Of a stretch of DNA of 64,000 nucleotides, positions 54,165 to 63,430 are shown piece after piece. The DNA is from Alphaproteobacteria bacterium (lineage in GTDB: Bacteria; Pseudomonadota; Alphaproteobacteria; UBA7887). Under the pieces are notes generated by a model, which made no database searches, was not told the origin of the DNA, and was given only the letters and a program-made list of their open reading frames with translations. The translations under genes were made by a program, and so were the position numbers. Each line of letters begins with the position of its first letter. Within the stretch, counting starts at the first letter, position 1. The stretch covers positions 3,200,001 through 3,264,000 of the forward strand of contig CBDCGL010000011.1 in NCBI GenBank assembly GCA_965216755.1. The letters are read 5' to 3'.

Positions 54165-54929
54165 CTAGTCCGGCTCGCCAATCGCCGGCGCGTCGGCCAT
54201 ATCCGCCAGCACTTCTGCAATATGACGGACGCGCACCGGCGCGCCACGGCGGTGCAGGCGGCCGGCCATGTTCATCAGGCAACCGAGGTCGCCGGCCAGC
54301 AATGTGTCGGCGCCCGTGGCGATCACTGAATCCGCTTTTTCATCAACCATTTTGACCGAAATGTCGGCATATTTGACGCAGAATGTGCCGCCGAAGCCGC
54401 AACACACATCGGCATCCGGCAGATCACGAAGCGACAGGTGATCAACAGAAGCCAACAATTGCCGCGGCTGATCATGGACCTTCAATTCGCGCAAGCCGGC
54501 GCAGGAGTCGTGATAGGTCGCAATACCGTCAAGACGCGCCGCGACATTGTCGATCTGACGCACGTCGACCAGAAAAGACGTCAGTTCAAATGTGCGACCG
54601 GCCAATTCGGTCGCCCGCTCGCGCATGGCGCGGTCGTCGTCAAACAAACTCGGGAAATGCACCTTGATCATGCCCGCGCATGAACCGGACGGCGCGACGA
54701 CATAGCGAAAACCGTCGAACGCGTCGATCACCTGCCGCGCGATCACGCGGGCACCATCGAAATCGCCACTGTTATAGGCCGGTTGGCCGCAACAGGTTTG
54801 CGCATCGGGCACAGAGACGCGGCAGCCGGCATCTTCCAGTAATTTGACCGTGGCAAAACCAACCCGTGGTCGAAACAAATCGACCAGACAGGTGATAAAC
54901 AAAGCCACATCGATCGGCGTATCCGACAT
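54165..54929 (-). CDS. lutA: Lactate utilization CCG-domain protein A (LutA/LldE)
   Basis: LFITCLVD, QTCCGQP, PSGSC, YHDSC, CCGFGGTF, DLGCL. Confidence 0.92.
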   Translation of the reverse strand: MSDTPIDVALFITCLVDLFRPRVGFATVKLLEDAGCRVSVPDAQTCCGQPAYNSGDFDGARVIARQVIDAFDGFRYVVAPSGSCAGMIKVHFPSLFDDDRAMRERATELAGRTFELTSFLVDVRQIDNVAARLDGIATYHDSCAGLRELKVHDQPRQLLASVDHLSLRDLPDADVCCGFGGTFCVKYADISVKMVDEKADSVIATGADTLLAGDLGCLMNMAGRLHRRGAPVRVRHIAEVLADMADAPAIGEPD

Positions 54930-54992
54930 AGGTGCGCGCACCGTCTGTAGACCTCAAAAGCGCGCGACCCTACACGCTTGTCGGCTTTCGGT

Positions 54993-56231
54993 CTAGTTCG
55001 CGGGAGCCGCGTGTCGATCGACGGTGGTGCGCGGAATCAGCGCGTAATAACGCCCCGCATGCTTCATGCGTCCGGCCACCGCCGCAGCATCGCCACCATA
55101 GCCCCAAAAGACGTCACCACGAACCGGACCGCGGATGGCGCCGCCGGTATCCTGTGCCATCACCAGTCTCTGCCATGGCCGGTCCGGGGCACCGGGATCG
55201 ATCGCCGGCACTTCGATATCTAGCCAGAGCGGCGTGCCAAGGGGAATGAGATCACGGTCCACCGCCAGCGATCGCCCAACGGTTAGCGCCACGCCTTGCG
55301 CGCCGATTGGCCCATCACCATCGAGCTCGCGAAAAAAAATGTATGACGCATTGCTGTTCATGATCTCGGCCGCTTGATCCGGATGGGCGGCCAGCCATTG
55401 GCGAATCGACTGCATAGAGACCTGCTCGCGGGCAAGCGCTCCGTTTTCGACCAGAACCCGGCCGATCGCCGTGTAGGGATGGCCGTTCTGGCCGGCATAA
55501 CCAACGCGAACCGTGGCGCCGTCATCCAGATTGACGCGCCCCGATCCCTGGATATGCAGGAAGAACGCGTCGACCGGGTCGTCGACCCACAGCAACGGCG
55601 GCGCGACATTCGCCAAGGCACCGTTTTCGATGTCGGCGCGAGACGGAAGCGGTACGACTCGACGCCCGACGACGCGACCGCTGAGCCGCTGTCCGCGCAA
55701 GGCATCGCGGAAAGCCCCCAAGTCAATCGTGACCACATCGTCGGGCGGCGCGCGCAAGGGCGTCGCGTAGACCGCGCTGGGTTGCCGCGCGCCTTTGAGC
55801 GCCGCTTCGTAGTAGCCGGTGAACAGGCCAACCGGGTTCGCGCCGGCGGCAACCACAAATGGGACGAACGCGGCTTCGAAATAGTCGCGCGCGGCATCAT
55901 GGTCGTCCGGATTCAGTTTGTCCGCCGTTGCACATGGCTGGCGCCAATCATGCCCCGCGATGGAGATCGGACCGAACTGCCAGACGTCATCGTCGGCGCG
56001 GGCGGCCAACTTTACGCATGAGCGCCGTAGCGCGGCCAAGCTTTCGCCAATCGCATCCTCGTGCCATCCGCTCAAATGGGCAAAGGTCGTCTCAGTCAAA
56101 GTGAGCGGTGCCACGGGCCGTGACGGCATCGGCGCCAACCACCCTCCGACGGCTATGGCCACGGCCACGGCCACACCGAGCAACACAATATTCAGGCGGG
56201 TGGTTTGTTTCACGGCCGGGGTCCGTTCCAC
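54993..56231 (-). CDS. mltA: Membrane-bound lytic transglycosylase A
   Basis: FTGYYE, FFLHIQGSG, YAGQNGHPY, SLAVD, AQDTGGAIRG..RGDVFWG. Confidence 0.93.
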   Translation of the reverse strand: MERTPAVKQTTRLNIVLLGVAVAVAIAVGGWLAPMPSRPVAPLTLTETTFAHLSGWHEDAIGESLAALRRSCVKLAARADDDVWQFGPISIAGHDWRQPCATADKLNPDDHDAARDYFEAAFVPFVVAAGANPVGLFTGYYEAALKGARQPSAVYATPLRAPPDDVVTIDLGAFRDALRGQRLSGRVVGRRVVPLPSRADIENGALANVAPPLLWVDDPVDAFFLHIQGSGRVNLDDGATVRVGYAGQNGHPYTAIGRVLVENGALAREQVSMQSIRQWLAAHPDQAAEIMNSNASYIFFRELDGDGPIGAQGVALTVGRSLAVDRDLIPLGTPLWLDIEVPAIDPGAPDRPWQRLVMAQDTGGAIRGPVRGDVFWGYGGDAAAVAGRMKHAGRYYALIPRTTVDRHAAPAN

Positions 56232-56243
56232 GGCCCGGTCGAA

Positions 56244-56915
56244 TCAATCTTCGCTACGGGTTTCCGCCAGCTGCCAATTCGGATCGCGCGATCGAATATC
56301 GCGGGTAAAGGTCCAAATATCGTTGATGGTCGCCACTTGCGACGGATCGCCATCGATAACATCGCCATCCGCATTGCGCGTGACATTGACCTGTTCGCTC
56401 ATGAATTTGACCGTAACCGACGCGCGCCGGCCGGCGACGCTGGCATCGACCAGATCTGCCAAAATAATCGAAACCAAAGTCGTTTCCAAACGCTCGCCGG
56501 CCTCGTTGCGGCGATCGATTTCGGCGACAAATTGGCCATAGACGTCATTGTCGAGCAAACCACGCAACTGGCGTTTGTCGCCCGCAGCAAATGCGTTCAG
56601 TATCATCTCGAAGGCACCGCGGGCGCCTTCGAGAAAACCATCCTCAGAAAAACTCGGATCGGTGATTTTGAGCTGTGTCAGACCGGATGCGGACGATAGA
56701 TCAGTGTCACCGCGTCCTTGCCGCTCCGACTTACGGCGCGCGTCTGGCAAATTCACGACGGTATCCGAACCGCTATCGTCATTGTCCGCCACGGGTTCCG
56801 GCGGCGGCCGTTCATGGCCGGTGCGGCGACCCAAGACTCTGTGCAGCCTCAATAGCAGGAACGCCGCCACCATGGCGAACACTAAAATGTCCAGAAATTG
56901 GAAACCGCCGCTCAT
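56244..56915 (-). CDS. Tim44/TimA family protein
   Basis: N-terminal TM, VLGRRTGHE, FLEGARGAFEMI, DIWTF.R..PNWQL. Confidence 0.88.
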   Translation of the reverse strand: MSGGFQFLDILVFAMVAAFLLLRLHRVLGRRTGHERPPPEPVADNDDSGSDTVVNLPDARRKSERQGRGDTDLSSASGLTQLKITDPSFSEDGFLEGARGAFEMILNAFAAGDKRQLRGLLDNDVYGQFVAEIDRRNEAGERLETTLVSIILADLVDASVAGRRASVTVKFMSEQVNVTRNADGDVIDGDPSQVATINDIWTFTRDIRSRDPNWQLAETRSED

Positions 56916-57074
56916 CTGCTGGATCGCGCCTGACGCGACGCGCCACAAGGCCGCCGCGTTTTGTGTTCCCTGATTGTTACCACTCTAGAGTGTCCACCGA
57001 CTGGGGTCAAAATGCCTCGACGGATCGGCGAATATTTTTCTCCTCGATGCCAATACCGCCAGGCGCATTGCTCT

Positions 57075-57101
57075 TTGGGAAATGGGTCCTGCAACCCATA
57101 T
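57075..57101 (+). promoter_or_regulatory. Candidate sigma-32 promoter of fxsA
   Basis: TTG-N17-CCCATAT ending 9 nt before the ATG. Confidence 0.4.
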
Positions 57102-57109
57102 TCGCAACC

Positions 57110-57607
57110 ATGAATCCTTTTTTGCTGCTGCCGTTGGCGCTGGTTTTGGCCGAGATTGCCGCGTTTATTGCCATCGGTGGCCGGATTGGCATCGTCGCCA
57201 CCTTAGTTGAGGTGGTGCTGTCGGGTGCCATCGGCATGGCCTTGGTGCGCGCCCAAGCCAGCCGAATCGCCAGCGACATCGCCATGGCGTCCGAGACCGG
57301 CAAGGCACCGGTCGGCCCGGCATTGGACGGTGCCGGCCTCGGTCTTGCCGCGCTGCTCTTGCTCATTCCGGGTTTTGTCACCGATATCATAGGTTTGGCG
57401 ATCGCTATTCCGCCACTCCGGCGGCGGCTGGTGGGCCGACTTCTGCGGCGCATGCGCGCGTGGCACACACAACAACGGGGCCGCGCTTCGGGGCAAACCA
57501 TTGACGGCACGTTTCGCCATGTGGATGGTGACGACGTGCCGACACCACAGACGACACCTGTCGAGACCCTGCCCAAGCGATCCAACGGCCCAAGTTCAGA
57601 CACCTAG
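57110..57607 (+). CDS. fxsA: FxsA family membrane protein
   Basis: EIAAFI.IG, LLLIPGFVTDIIG, IDG.F; between Tim44 and secB. Confidence 0.88.
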   Translation: MNPFLLLPLALVLAEIAAFIAIGGRIGIVATLVEVVLSGAIGMALVRAQASRIASDIAMASETGKAPVGPALDGAGLGLAALLLLIPGFVTDIIGLAIAIPPLRRRLVGRLLRRMRAWHTQQRGRASGQTIDGTFRHVDGDDVPTPQTTPVETLPKRSNGPSSDT

Positions 57608-57709
57608 ATCAATCATCGTTCAGACGGCGTCGTTTGAACGAAGTTAAGTTGATCGACATAAGATAAATAGAGCATTTCATGCGAACGCATGTAAGCGTGA
57701 AATGCTCTA
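57604..57709. repeat. RIME/Bru-RS-like double-hairpin intergenic element
   Basis: Hairpin 1 GATCAA..CGTTCAGACG/CGTTTGAACG..TTGATC, A-rich linker, hairpin 2 TAGAGCATTTCA..TGAAATGCTCTA. Confidence 0.65.
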
Positions 57710-57804
57710 ACCCGCGCAGGATTGCACCTTTCGTTGATCGGGCTTGGTTGTCACTATCGGGTATCCGTGTTAGCCCATCGACGAAGTCGAACAAGGAGAG
57801 CGTC

Positions 57805-58344
57805 ATGGCGGACGACAGCAGCACATCCGGCGCCAACGGCAACGGGTCGGGCGCGAACGGCGGCGCGCCGGCCGATCAGCCAACTATGCCCCGCATAGCC
57901 GTGCGCGGCCAATATGTCAAAGACCTTTCGTTTGAGAATCCGCGCGCGCCGGACAGCTTTGCGCCCAGCGACAAACCGCCGGAAATCAATGTCCAAGTCA
58001 ACGTCAATGGCCGCCGTTTGGCAGATGATGCCCACGAAGTCGAGATTCAGATTTCGGCACGCGCCAGCCAAAATGATGATGTGGTATTTATTACCGAGCT
58101 AACTTATGCCGGCGTATTTGGCATCTCTGACGTGACGCCGAACAATTTGCAGCCGGTCTTGATGATCGAATGCCCGCGGCTGTTGTTCCCGTTCGCGCGG
58201 CGAATCGTCGCAGACTGCACGCGCGACGGCGGTTTCCCACCGTTGTTGCTGGAGCCGATCGATTTCATGCGTCTATACATGCAACATCAGGAACAGCGGC
58301 GCCAGACACAGGCTTCGGCCGACGCCGCCACCGAAACCGCATAA
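57805..58344 (+). CDS. secB: Protein-export chaperone SecB
   Basis: QYVKDLSFENP, YAGVF, ECPRLLFPFAR, GGFPPL..PIDF; AAGGAG RBS. Confidence 0.96.
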   Translation: MADDSSTSGANGNGSGANGGAPADQPTMPRIAVRGQYVKDLSFENPRAPDSFAPSDKPPEINVQVNVNGRRLADDAHEVEIQISARASQNDDVVFITELTYAGVFGISDVTPNNLQPVLMIECPRLLFPFARRIVADCTRDGGFPPLLLEPIDFMRLYMQHQEQRRQTQASADAATETA

Positions 58345-58367
58345 CATCGGCGTCAGATCGGCACAAA

Positions 58368-59045
58368 TTAGTGCCGCCAAATGACATCGCCGGAAAGCCT
58401 TTCCAGAAAGGCATCATGGGCTGCACGCTCTTCATCGGTCGCACCGTGCGGACGCGGTGGACGGGTTTCGCGGGCCGCGATCGTCGTCCGTTGTGCGCCG
58501 GCGATCGCCGCCGTCGATAGCGCCAGGTCCGGCTGTCGGCCGCCGATGAGTTCGACATAAACGTCGGCCAAGAGTTGCGCATCGAGTAAAGCGCCATGGA
58601 CCGTCCGCGCCGAATTATCGACACCAAAACGCTTGCACAACGCATCCAAGCTGGCCGGCGCGCCCGGGAATTTTCGCCGCGCCAAGGCTACCGTATCGAC
58701 CGCCCGCTCAGCTTGGATGATGGCACGTTCGGTCCGCGTGAGTTCCGCGTTTAGAAATGCCAAATCGAAACCGGCATTGTGAATCACCAAGCGGGCGTCG
58801 CCGATAAAGACCAGAAAATCTTCAACGATGTCCGCGAATTTCGGTTTGCCCCGCAGCATCTCGTTGGTGATACCGTGAATGCGAACGCTGTCTTCCGGCA
58901 CATCGCGTTCGGGATCGATATAGCGCTGAAACTGTTCGCCGGTCGCAATATGATTGACCATCTCTAGACAACCGATCTCGATAATCCGATCGCCGTTTTT
59001 GGGGTTCAGCCCGGTGGTTTCGGTATCCAGCACGACTTCACGCAC
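58368..59045 (-). CDS. dnaQ: DNA polymerase III epsilon subunit
   Basis: LDTETTG, HNAGFD, HGALLDA. Confidence 0.96.
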   Translation of the reverse strand: MREVVLDTETTGLNPKNGDRIIEIGCLEMVNHIATGEQFQRYIDPERDVPEDSVRIHGITNEMLRGKPKFADIVEDFLVFIGDARLVIHNAGFDLAFLNAELTRTERAIIQAERAVDTVALARRKFPGAPASLDALCKRFGVDNSARTVHGALLDAQLLADVYVELIGGRQPDLALSTAAIAGAQRTTIAARETRPPRPHGATDEERAAHDAFLERLSGDVIWRH

Positions 59046-59694
59046 GCGATTGCCCTTTTCTGGTCAGTCGTCGACAGGTTGAACCGCAGGCCCGAGGATC
59101 CGAAAGCGTCCGCAGGATGTGGCCGACGGCGGTTCGGCTATAGCGTTTGCTGAGACCCGTCAAGATCACAAAATCGGCGCGGCGGCGCTTGACCCGGTCC
59201 GGCATTTGCCGTTCAAGAATGCTTGACAGCTTCGCCCTTGTCATGCCCGGCCGACGTAACGCCCGCGTCCATTGCACGCGCGGCGGCGCACTGACCACAG
59301 CGGTATAGTCGCAGTTGCGATCACCACCGGTTTCGAACAGCAACGGCACGTCCAAGACCACGATCGGGACTCGCCGCGCGGCGGCCCGGCGCAAAAAAAG
59401 CGTCCGCCCACGCCCGACCATCGGGTGCAATATCGCCTCCAGGGTTTTCAGCGCCTCCGCGTCGCCAAACACACGCCGGCCCAGGGCGCCACGATCCACC
59501 GTGTCGTTTGCGCACACCTCCGGCCAGAGCCGCGCGATCGGCGCCACCGCGGCACCACCTTGCGCCAGCAAACGATGCACTTCCGCGTCGGCATCGAAAA
59601 TCGGCACGCCAAACTGTCGAAAAGTGTGTGCGGCGACGCTTTTGCCCATCGCGATGGATCCGGTCAAACCGAGCACAATCGGCCGTTTGCACAT
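59038..59694 (-). CDS. coaE: Dephospho-CoA kinase
   Basis: GLTGSIAMGKS, DAD, LHP.V, DVPLLFE; TAATG overlap with aroE. Confidence 0.95.
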   Translation of the reverse strand: MCKRPIVLGLTGSIAMGKSVAAHTFRQFGVPIFDADAEVHRLLAQGGAAVAPIARLWPEVCANDTVDRGALGRRVFGDAEALKTLEAILHPMVGRGRTLFLRRAAARRVPIVVLDVPLLFETGGDRNCDYTAVVSAPPRVQWTRALRRPGMTRAKLSSILERQMPDRVKRRRADFVILTGLSKRYSRTAVGHILRTLSDPRACGSTCRRLTRKGQSRA

Positions 59695-60536
59695 TAGCGT
59701 CCAGAATCGAGAACGGCGGCCCGAAGCGCCATGGTGACGTCCGGTGCGCGGCCAAACCAAGCTGCAAATCCCGGCCGACCTTGATGCAACAGCATGCCCA
59801 AACCGTCAACGACCGTGTTGCCACGCGCCTTGGCCGCCACCAATAACGGCGTCATCAGCGGTGCATAAACGATATCGGTCACCAAGGCGTCTGTCGGCAG
59901 CGCGGCAAGATCCAGATCCAGTGCCGGCTGCCCGACCATGCCCAACGTGGTGGTGTTGACCAACAGGCCAGCACCATCCAACGCCGCGCTACGGTCGGTC
60001 CAAGGCACAATTTCAGCAGCCAATCCAAGCGATTCGGCCATCGATTCGGCCCGTGACATCGTTCGGTTGATGAGCCGGATGACGGCCGCACCGGCATCGC
60101 TGAGGGCCACACAGACCGCGCGCGCGGCACCGCCAGCACCAATCACCACGGCCGGGCCGCGCGGCGCCCAATCCGGCGTGGTGTCACGCAGGCTCTCCAT
60201 AAACCCGAACGCATCGGTATTGGACCCACTCAAGGTGCCGTCGTCATTGACGACGATGGTGTTGACCGCGCCGATCCGTCGCGCCGCCGGATCGACCTGG
60301 TCAACCAACGCCAGACACCCTTCTTTGTGCGGCACCGTGACATTGATGCCCGCGAATCCCAGAGCCGGCAAGGCGCGTACCGCTGTTGCCAGCTTATCGG
60401 GCGGCACCGGCAGCGGCACATAGGCACCATCGATGCCATAAAGCGCCAGCCAATAACCGTGCAGCGCCGGCGATCGTGAATGGCCAACCGGCCAGCCGAT
60501 CACGCCGGCGACGCGTGCTTTGCCTGACAGAATCAT
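59694..60536 (-). CDS. aroE: Shikimate dehydrogenase
   Basis: HSRSP, NVTVPHK, GAVNT, NTD, GAGGAAR, DGLGML. Confidence 0.96.
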   Translation of the reverse strand: MILSGKARVAGVIGWPVGHSRSPALHGYWLALYGIDGAYVPLPVPPDKLATAVRALPALGFAGINVTVPHKEGCLALVDQVDPAARRIGAVNTIVVNDDGTLSGSNTDAFGFMESLRDTTPDWAPRGPAVVIGAGGAARAVCVALSDAGAAVIRLINRTMSRAESMAESLGLAAEIVPWTDRSAALDGAGLLVNTTTLGMVGQPALDLDLAALPTDALVTDIVYAPLMTPLLVAAKARGNTVVDGLGMLLHQGRPGFAAWFGRAPDVTMALRAAVLDSGR

Positions 60537-61177
60537 GCCGCCACGATGCCATGGCCGCGCAAAAAGTCGAGTAGCGGCAAAAGCGGCAGTCCCAAAATGG
60601 TTGCATGATCGCCGGCGATGGCGGCAAACAACTGAATCCCCAAGCCTTCGATGCGATAGCCGCCGACCGTTTCGGTCACCTCCGGACCCACGGCTTGCAG
60701 ATAGGTCTCCAGAAACCCATCAGAGAATTCCCGCATCGTCAGGCGTGCGCTTTGGTTCGCGCGCCAGACTACGCCGCCATTGCGCGCGACGCTAGCCGCG
60801 GTCACCAGTTCATGGGCCCGGCCTCGGAGTTTCCCAAGCTGGACCCGCGCCTCCGCCACATCGCCCGGCTTGTCGAACCAGTCATTGCCGCACACCAGCA
60901 TTTGGTCGGCGCCCAGCACCAACGCGCCATTGTAACGTTGTGAAACGCGGCACGCCTTGAGTGACGCGAGTGCATCGGCGACTTCAAGCGGCGATGCGTG
61001 CTCAGCCGCCATGGCACGTTTGACTTCCGCTTCGTCGACCGCCGCCGGATCGACGGTGAAGACGACTCCGGCTGCGCGCAGAAGCTCCGCCCGCGATCTG
61101 CTCGCCGACGCCAAAACCAATGGCGCGGTCTCTGGTCCCGTGACCGACGCACTAACGTTTGTGTTTTCTGCGATCAT
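60533..61177 (-). CDS. maf: Maf family nucleotide pyrophosphatase
   Basis: [26 protein letters not shown]. Confidence 0.92.
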   Translation of the reverse strand: MIAENTNVSASVTGPETAPLVLASASRSRAELLRAAGVVFTVDPAAVDEAEVKRAMAAEHASPLEVADALASLKACRVSQRYNGALVLGADQMLVCGNDWFDKPGDVAEARVQLGKLRGRAHELVTAASVARNGGVVWRANQSARLTMREFSDGFLETYLQAVGPEVTETVGGYRIEGLGIQLFAAIAGDHATILGLPLLPLLDFLRGHGIVAA

Positions 61178-62000
61178 GGCGGTTGCGATAGAGGGTCAAG
61201 ACGGCGGTCGCGGTTTCCTCGATGGATCGGCGAGCGACGTCAATAACCGGCCAGCCTTGCGCCGCAAACAGGCGTTTCGCCGCGCGCACCTCTGCGCGCA
61301 CCGCGTCCAGATCAACATAATCGGTGTCGGCGACCTGATCGAGGCTTTGCAGACGGCTACGGCGCACTTGCACCAGATTCTCCGGACTTGTCGTCAGCCC
61401 GACGACCAATGACTGCTCGGCCCGCAACACGTCCTCTGGCAGGCCCAGGTCCGGCACATACGGCACGTTGGCGGCACGCACGCCACGATTGGCCAGATAA
61501 ACGCAGGTTGGGGTTTTGGATGTGCGCGAGACCCCGACGAGAATAACGTCCGCCAAGTGGACATCGTGTAGTGCCTGGCCGTCATCATGGGCGAGCACGA
61601 ATTGCATGGCGTCGATGCGGGCAAAATAGTCTTCATCCAAAACATGCTGCCGGCCCGGGACATGGCCACTGTCGACACCCAAGTAAGCACTGACACCATT
61701 GATCACCTGATCAAGCACGGGAATGCACGGCACATTCAAGATCCGGCAACCATCGGCCAACGACTGCTGCAGCTCGGTCCCAACCAGAGTGTAAAGAACG
61801 ATGCCCGGCTGCGCCTTGATCGCCGCCAACACCTTGTCGATTTGGCTTTGTGTGCGCACCAAAGACCAGCTGTGCTCAATCGGTTCAACATCGTCAAACT
61901 GTACAAAAACCGCGCGCGCGACGCTGGACACCGTTTCGCCCGTGGAATCGGAGATCAGATGCAGATGGCAGCGCCGCATGGTCTGTGGATGACTGGTCAT
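61152..62000 (-). CDS. ppsR: Pyruvate, phosphate/water dikinase regulatory protein (DUF299)
   Basis: SDSTGET, HDDG, GVSRTSKTP, RSIEETA. Confidence 0.93.
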   Translation of the reverse strand: MTSHPQTMRRCHLHLISDSTGETVSSVARAVFVQFDDVEPIEHSWSLVRTQSQIDKVLAAIKAQPGIVLYTLVGTELQQSLADGCRILNVPCIPVLDQVINGVSAYLGVDSGHVPGRQHVLDEDYFARIDAMQFVLAHDDGQALHDVHLADVILVGVSRTSKTPTCVYLANRGVRAANVPYVPDLGLPEDVLRAEQSLVVGLTTSPENLVQVRRSRLQSLDQVADTDYVDLDAVRAEVRAAKRLFAAQGWPVIDVARRSIEETATAVLTLYRNRHDRRKHKR

Positions 62001-62376
62001 GAATTGTGGAGAAAGTAGTCGGTGCCCCCCATGAATACCAGTCGTCGGACTTTCATTCGAGATCTAGGTCCGGGCATCCACAATGGACAGCACGCGGCAA
62101 GCTTGCGACAGAATGCGTGGAAAACTCGCATTCTCCTCGAAATCCACAGGATTGTTGCCAGCTATCTGGGCATGACCGAACGACCGGCAGCTGCCACGTT
62201 TTGGGTACGATTTGACCAATCATCCCCAGATCGCCAGATGTTCCGCACACACGCCGGCGACATGTCGACAAACTGGGGATAATTTGGGATCCCCGGCTTC
62301 AAGCCGACAACAACCACATCTAAAAGATTCTTATAAGGATTCTTAATTTGAAGTTGTTCTGTTAGAAGCGGGGGTC
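61984..62376. other. Probable chromosomal replication origin (oriC)
   Basis: Lies in the DUF299-hemE divergent gap. DnaA-box-like 9-mers at 61984, 62005, 62074, 62116, 62140, 62220 and 62274. AT-rich tract 62319-62365 with two GATTC sites. Confidence 0.8.
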
Positions 62377-63420
62377 ATGGCACCCTCGGATCTGTCCAAC
62401 CAGCCCTTGCTGCGCAGCCTACGTGGCGAAATACAATCGCGACCGCCATGGTGGTTGATGCGCCAGGCTGGCCGGTATTTGCCGGAATATCGCGCATTAC
62501 GGTCGCGTACCGGGACCTTTCTAGACCTGTGCTACACACCGGATTTGGCGTGCGAGGTGACGCTGCAACCAATCCGTCGGTTTCATCCCGACGCCGCGAT
62601 CCTGTTTTCCGACATCTTGGTGGTACCGGACGCCATGGGCCAAGAGGTCGGGTTCAAACCGGATCACGGCCCAGTGCTGACGCCGATTCGCGATCGCGGC
62701 GCGATAAAGGCACTGACGGCGCAGGGCATGGTGGAAGCTTTGGCGCCGGTCTATCAGGCGATCGCTCAGATCCGGACCGCATTGCCCAAAGACGTGACGT
62801 TGATCGGCTTTGCCGGCGCGCCATGGACGGTGGCGACATATATGGTCGAAGGCGGCACGTCGCGGGATTTCCGTACGGTGAAAGGCTGGGCCTACGCCGA
62901 CCCGCTTTCGTTCCAAAGCCTGATCGATTTGTTGGTCGAGGCGACCATCAGCCACCTTGACGCGCAGGTCAATGCCGGCGCGCAAGTCCTGCAATTGTTC
63001 GAAAGCTGGGCCGGTATCCTGCCGGCGGCGGCCTTTGGGCGCTGGTGTGTGCGCCCCGTCGCGGACATCGTGGCCGTCTTGAAGAAGCGCCATCCAGAGG
63101 TGCCGATCATCGCCTTTCCGCGCGGTGCCGGCATCTTGTACGACGGTTATGGCGACGCGACCGGTGTCGATTGCGTTGGCCTGGACGCCATGGTGCCGCT
63201 GGATTGGGCGGCGCACACACTGCAAGGCAAGACGGCGCTGCAAGGCAACCTAGATCCGATCATGCTGTGTGTCGGTGGCGCGCCAATGGCGGCGGCGGTT
63301 GGCGAAATTTTGACCGCGCTAAACGTGGCGCCCTTTATCTTCAATTTGGGCCATGGTGTCTTGCCGCAAACGCCGATCGCCCATGTTGAGGCGCTGGCCG
63401 GGTTGCTTCGGGACCATTGA
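62377..63420 (+). CDS. hemE: Uroporphyrinogen decarboxylase
   Basis: WLMRQAGRYLPEY, ILFSDIL, GFAGAPWT, QGNLDP, FNLGHG. Confidence 0.97.
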   Translation: MAPSDLSNQPLLRSLRGEIQSRPPWWLMRQAGRYLPEYRALRSRTGTFLDLCYTPDLACEVTLQPIRRFHPDAAILFSDILVVPDAMGQEVGFKPDHGPVLTPIRDRGAIKALTAQGMVEALAPVYQAIAQIRTALPKDVTLIGFAGAPWTVATYMVEGGTSRDFRTVKGWAYADPLSFQSLIDLLVEATISHLDAQVNAGAQVLQLFESWAGILPAAAFGRWCVRPVADIVAVLKKRHPEVPIIAFPRGAGILYDGYGDATGVDCVGLDAMVPLDWAAHTLQGKTALQGNLDPIMLCVGGAPMAAAVGEILTALNVAPFIFNLGHGVLPQTPIAHVEALAGLLRDH

Positions 63421-63430
63421 GGGGACCGCC

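Noticed and set aside
56675-57109. Long N-terminal extensions on fxsA, secB, phoB, hslV and lutB in the ORF track
   Set aside because: Downstream starts with RBS or conserved N-termini fit better, and several extensions overlap neighbouring genes or repeats.
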